This document shows, piece by piece, positions 62,863 to 64,000 of a stretch of DNA of 64,000 bases (position 1 is its first letter; each line of letters opens with the position of its first letter). The stretch lies in the NCBI GenBank assembly GCA_963663765.2, contig CAXXUA010000006.1:457610-521609 (forward strand), written 5' to 3'. The notes under the pieces were generated by a model, which saw nothing but the letters and a program-made list of their open reading frames with translations, did not search any database and had not been told where the DNA came from. Source of the stretch: Candidatus Poribacteria bacterium (GTDB lineage: Bacteria > Poribacteria > WGA-4E > WGA-3G). A program made the position numbers and the translations under genes.

Positions 62863-64000
62863 CAGGGTTATTTAGTTTTAGGAGTTTTGGTTGTTTTTTA
62901 TCACAATCGTTAATATTTTTGGATATGCAGATATAGCGTGATTTATCGCGCTATATCTGCTATACTTCACCTAAAAAATCTTACCTTTGAGGTGAAAAAT
63001 GCCAGAGAAAAACTCTCGACACTTGTTAGATAGATTAGCAGAAATCCAAGACCCGCGCAACAATAAAGGAAAACGACACCCATTGAAATCAATCATCGGA
63101 CTTAACATTATTGGTTTTATGACTGGACATAAAGGATATACATCCATCGCAACTTGGGCCCGAACCCAACCAGACCTCGCAAGAACACTCGGTTTTACAC
63201 ATAAGAAAACACCTTGTCCCGCAACAATACATAATGTTCTAAAAGATTTAGATGCTGATGCTGTTGAAAAGACATTTACAGACTGGGTAGAAGACGTTTG
63301 TCAAAGTCGACCTGATTTAGAAGGTTGTCTTGACGCAGTCGCTATAGACGGTAAAACGATGCGTGCCAGTAAGAAAAGTGGTGCGACAATAAGCCATTTA
63401 CTCTCTGTTGTGTCTCATGAGTTAGGCGTCACACTTACACAAAAAGGTGTCAGTGATAAAACCAACGAAATACCGATCTCAACAGAGATCCTCAAAAACT
63501 TTGATGTGAGTGGTAAAGTCATCACAACAGACGCACTTTTGACACAGCGACCATTCTGCCACGCCATCATAGAGGGTAATGGAGACTATGTGCTCCCTGT
63601 CAAAAAGAACCAACCGGACCTTTACGATGAGATCCAAAAACTCTTTCAAGACGTTCCAGACACGCTTTCTGATAACACACCACATCCTAAATTGGGAGCC
63701 CCTATTTACACTCACGAGACTTCTGAAAAATCACATGGTAGAATAGAGACAAGGTGTTTGAAAGCAAGCACAAGTCTCAACGCATATCTGGATTGGCCAG
63801 GTATAGCACAAGTGTTCCAATATCGTTATACTTACAAAAATACGAAAACAGGAGAAGAAAAAACCAAAATCCATTATGGTATTACAAGTCTGACACCCGA
63901 AGAAACTTCTGCCCAACGTTTACTTGAGCTACGCCGTGGGCATTGGTCAATAGAGAACAAGTCGCATTGGATGCGTGATACACAACTTGGAGAAGACGCA
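62863..64000 (+). mobile_element. ISAs1-family element, second copy (runs off the window)
   Basis: Starts CAGGGTTATTTAGTTTTA; nearly identical to 20001 onward (two substitutions noticed). Confidence 0.95.
62999..64000 (+). CDS. ISAs1-family transposase (3' end outside window)
   Basis: ATG 136 bp inside the element, as in copy 1; same MPEKNSRHLL... frame. Confidence 0.93.
   Translation, partial: MPEKNSRHLLDRLAEIQDPRNNKGKRHPLKSIIGLNIIGFMTGHKGYTSIATWARTQPDLARTLGFTHKKTPCPATIHNVLKDLDADAVEKTFTDWVEDVCQSRPDLEGCLDAVAIDGKTMRASKKSGATISHLLSVVSHELGVTLTQKGVSDKTNEIPISTEILKNFDVSGKVITTDALLTQRPFCHAIIEGNGDYVLPVKKNQPDLYDEIQKLFQDVPDTLSDNTPHPKLGAPIYTHETSEKSHGRIETRCLKASTSLNAYLDWPGIAQVFQYRYTYKNTKTGEEKTKIHYGITSLTPEETSAQRLLELRRGHWSIENKSHWMRDTQLGEDA

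Overview
About 47 kb of this window is a same-strand tandem array of five giant secreted paralogues: one 5'-truncated by the window edge, 2884 aa, about 3765 aa once an ISAs1 insertion is removed, 2567 aa and 3381 aa. They share one plan: signal peptide, short LRR modules each followed by an unnamed beta-rich domain, a stalk of 15-23 cadherin-like repeats, one to three terminal 24-aa LRR solenoids, and a conserved C-terminal FlgD-Ig/T9SS-like tag (NYPNPFNPETWIPY...KMLIxK). The LRRs have a near-constant framework and hypervariable concave-face residues, resembling agnathan VLRs. The genes show DNA-level mosaicism, recent stalk expansions and orphan 5' and 3' fragments nearby, which together suggest a recombination-diversified surface receptor/adhesin repertoire. 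The remainder is an accessory region. It holds a divergent prim-pol/helicase-like gene next to a 210-bp REP-mosaic tandem array, and a lipoprotein gene bracketed by two inverted IS982 3' ends with an 8-bp target duplication. It also holds WD40-dockerin, LamG and thermonuclease genes, a decayed Cre-like tyrosine recombinase, and many IS (ISAs1, IS3, IS5, IS630) and MITE/REP relics. The protein repertoire suggests Candidatus Poribacteria (inference only). No rRNA, tRNA, CRISPR or reverse transcriptase was seen. Domain and family calls are from motif recognition by eye, not database searches.
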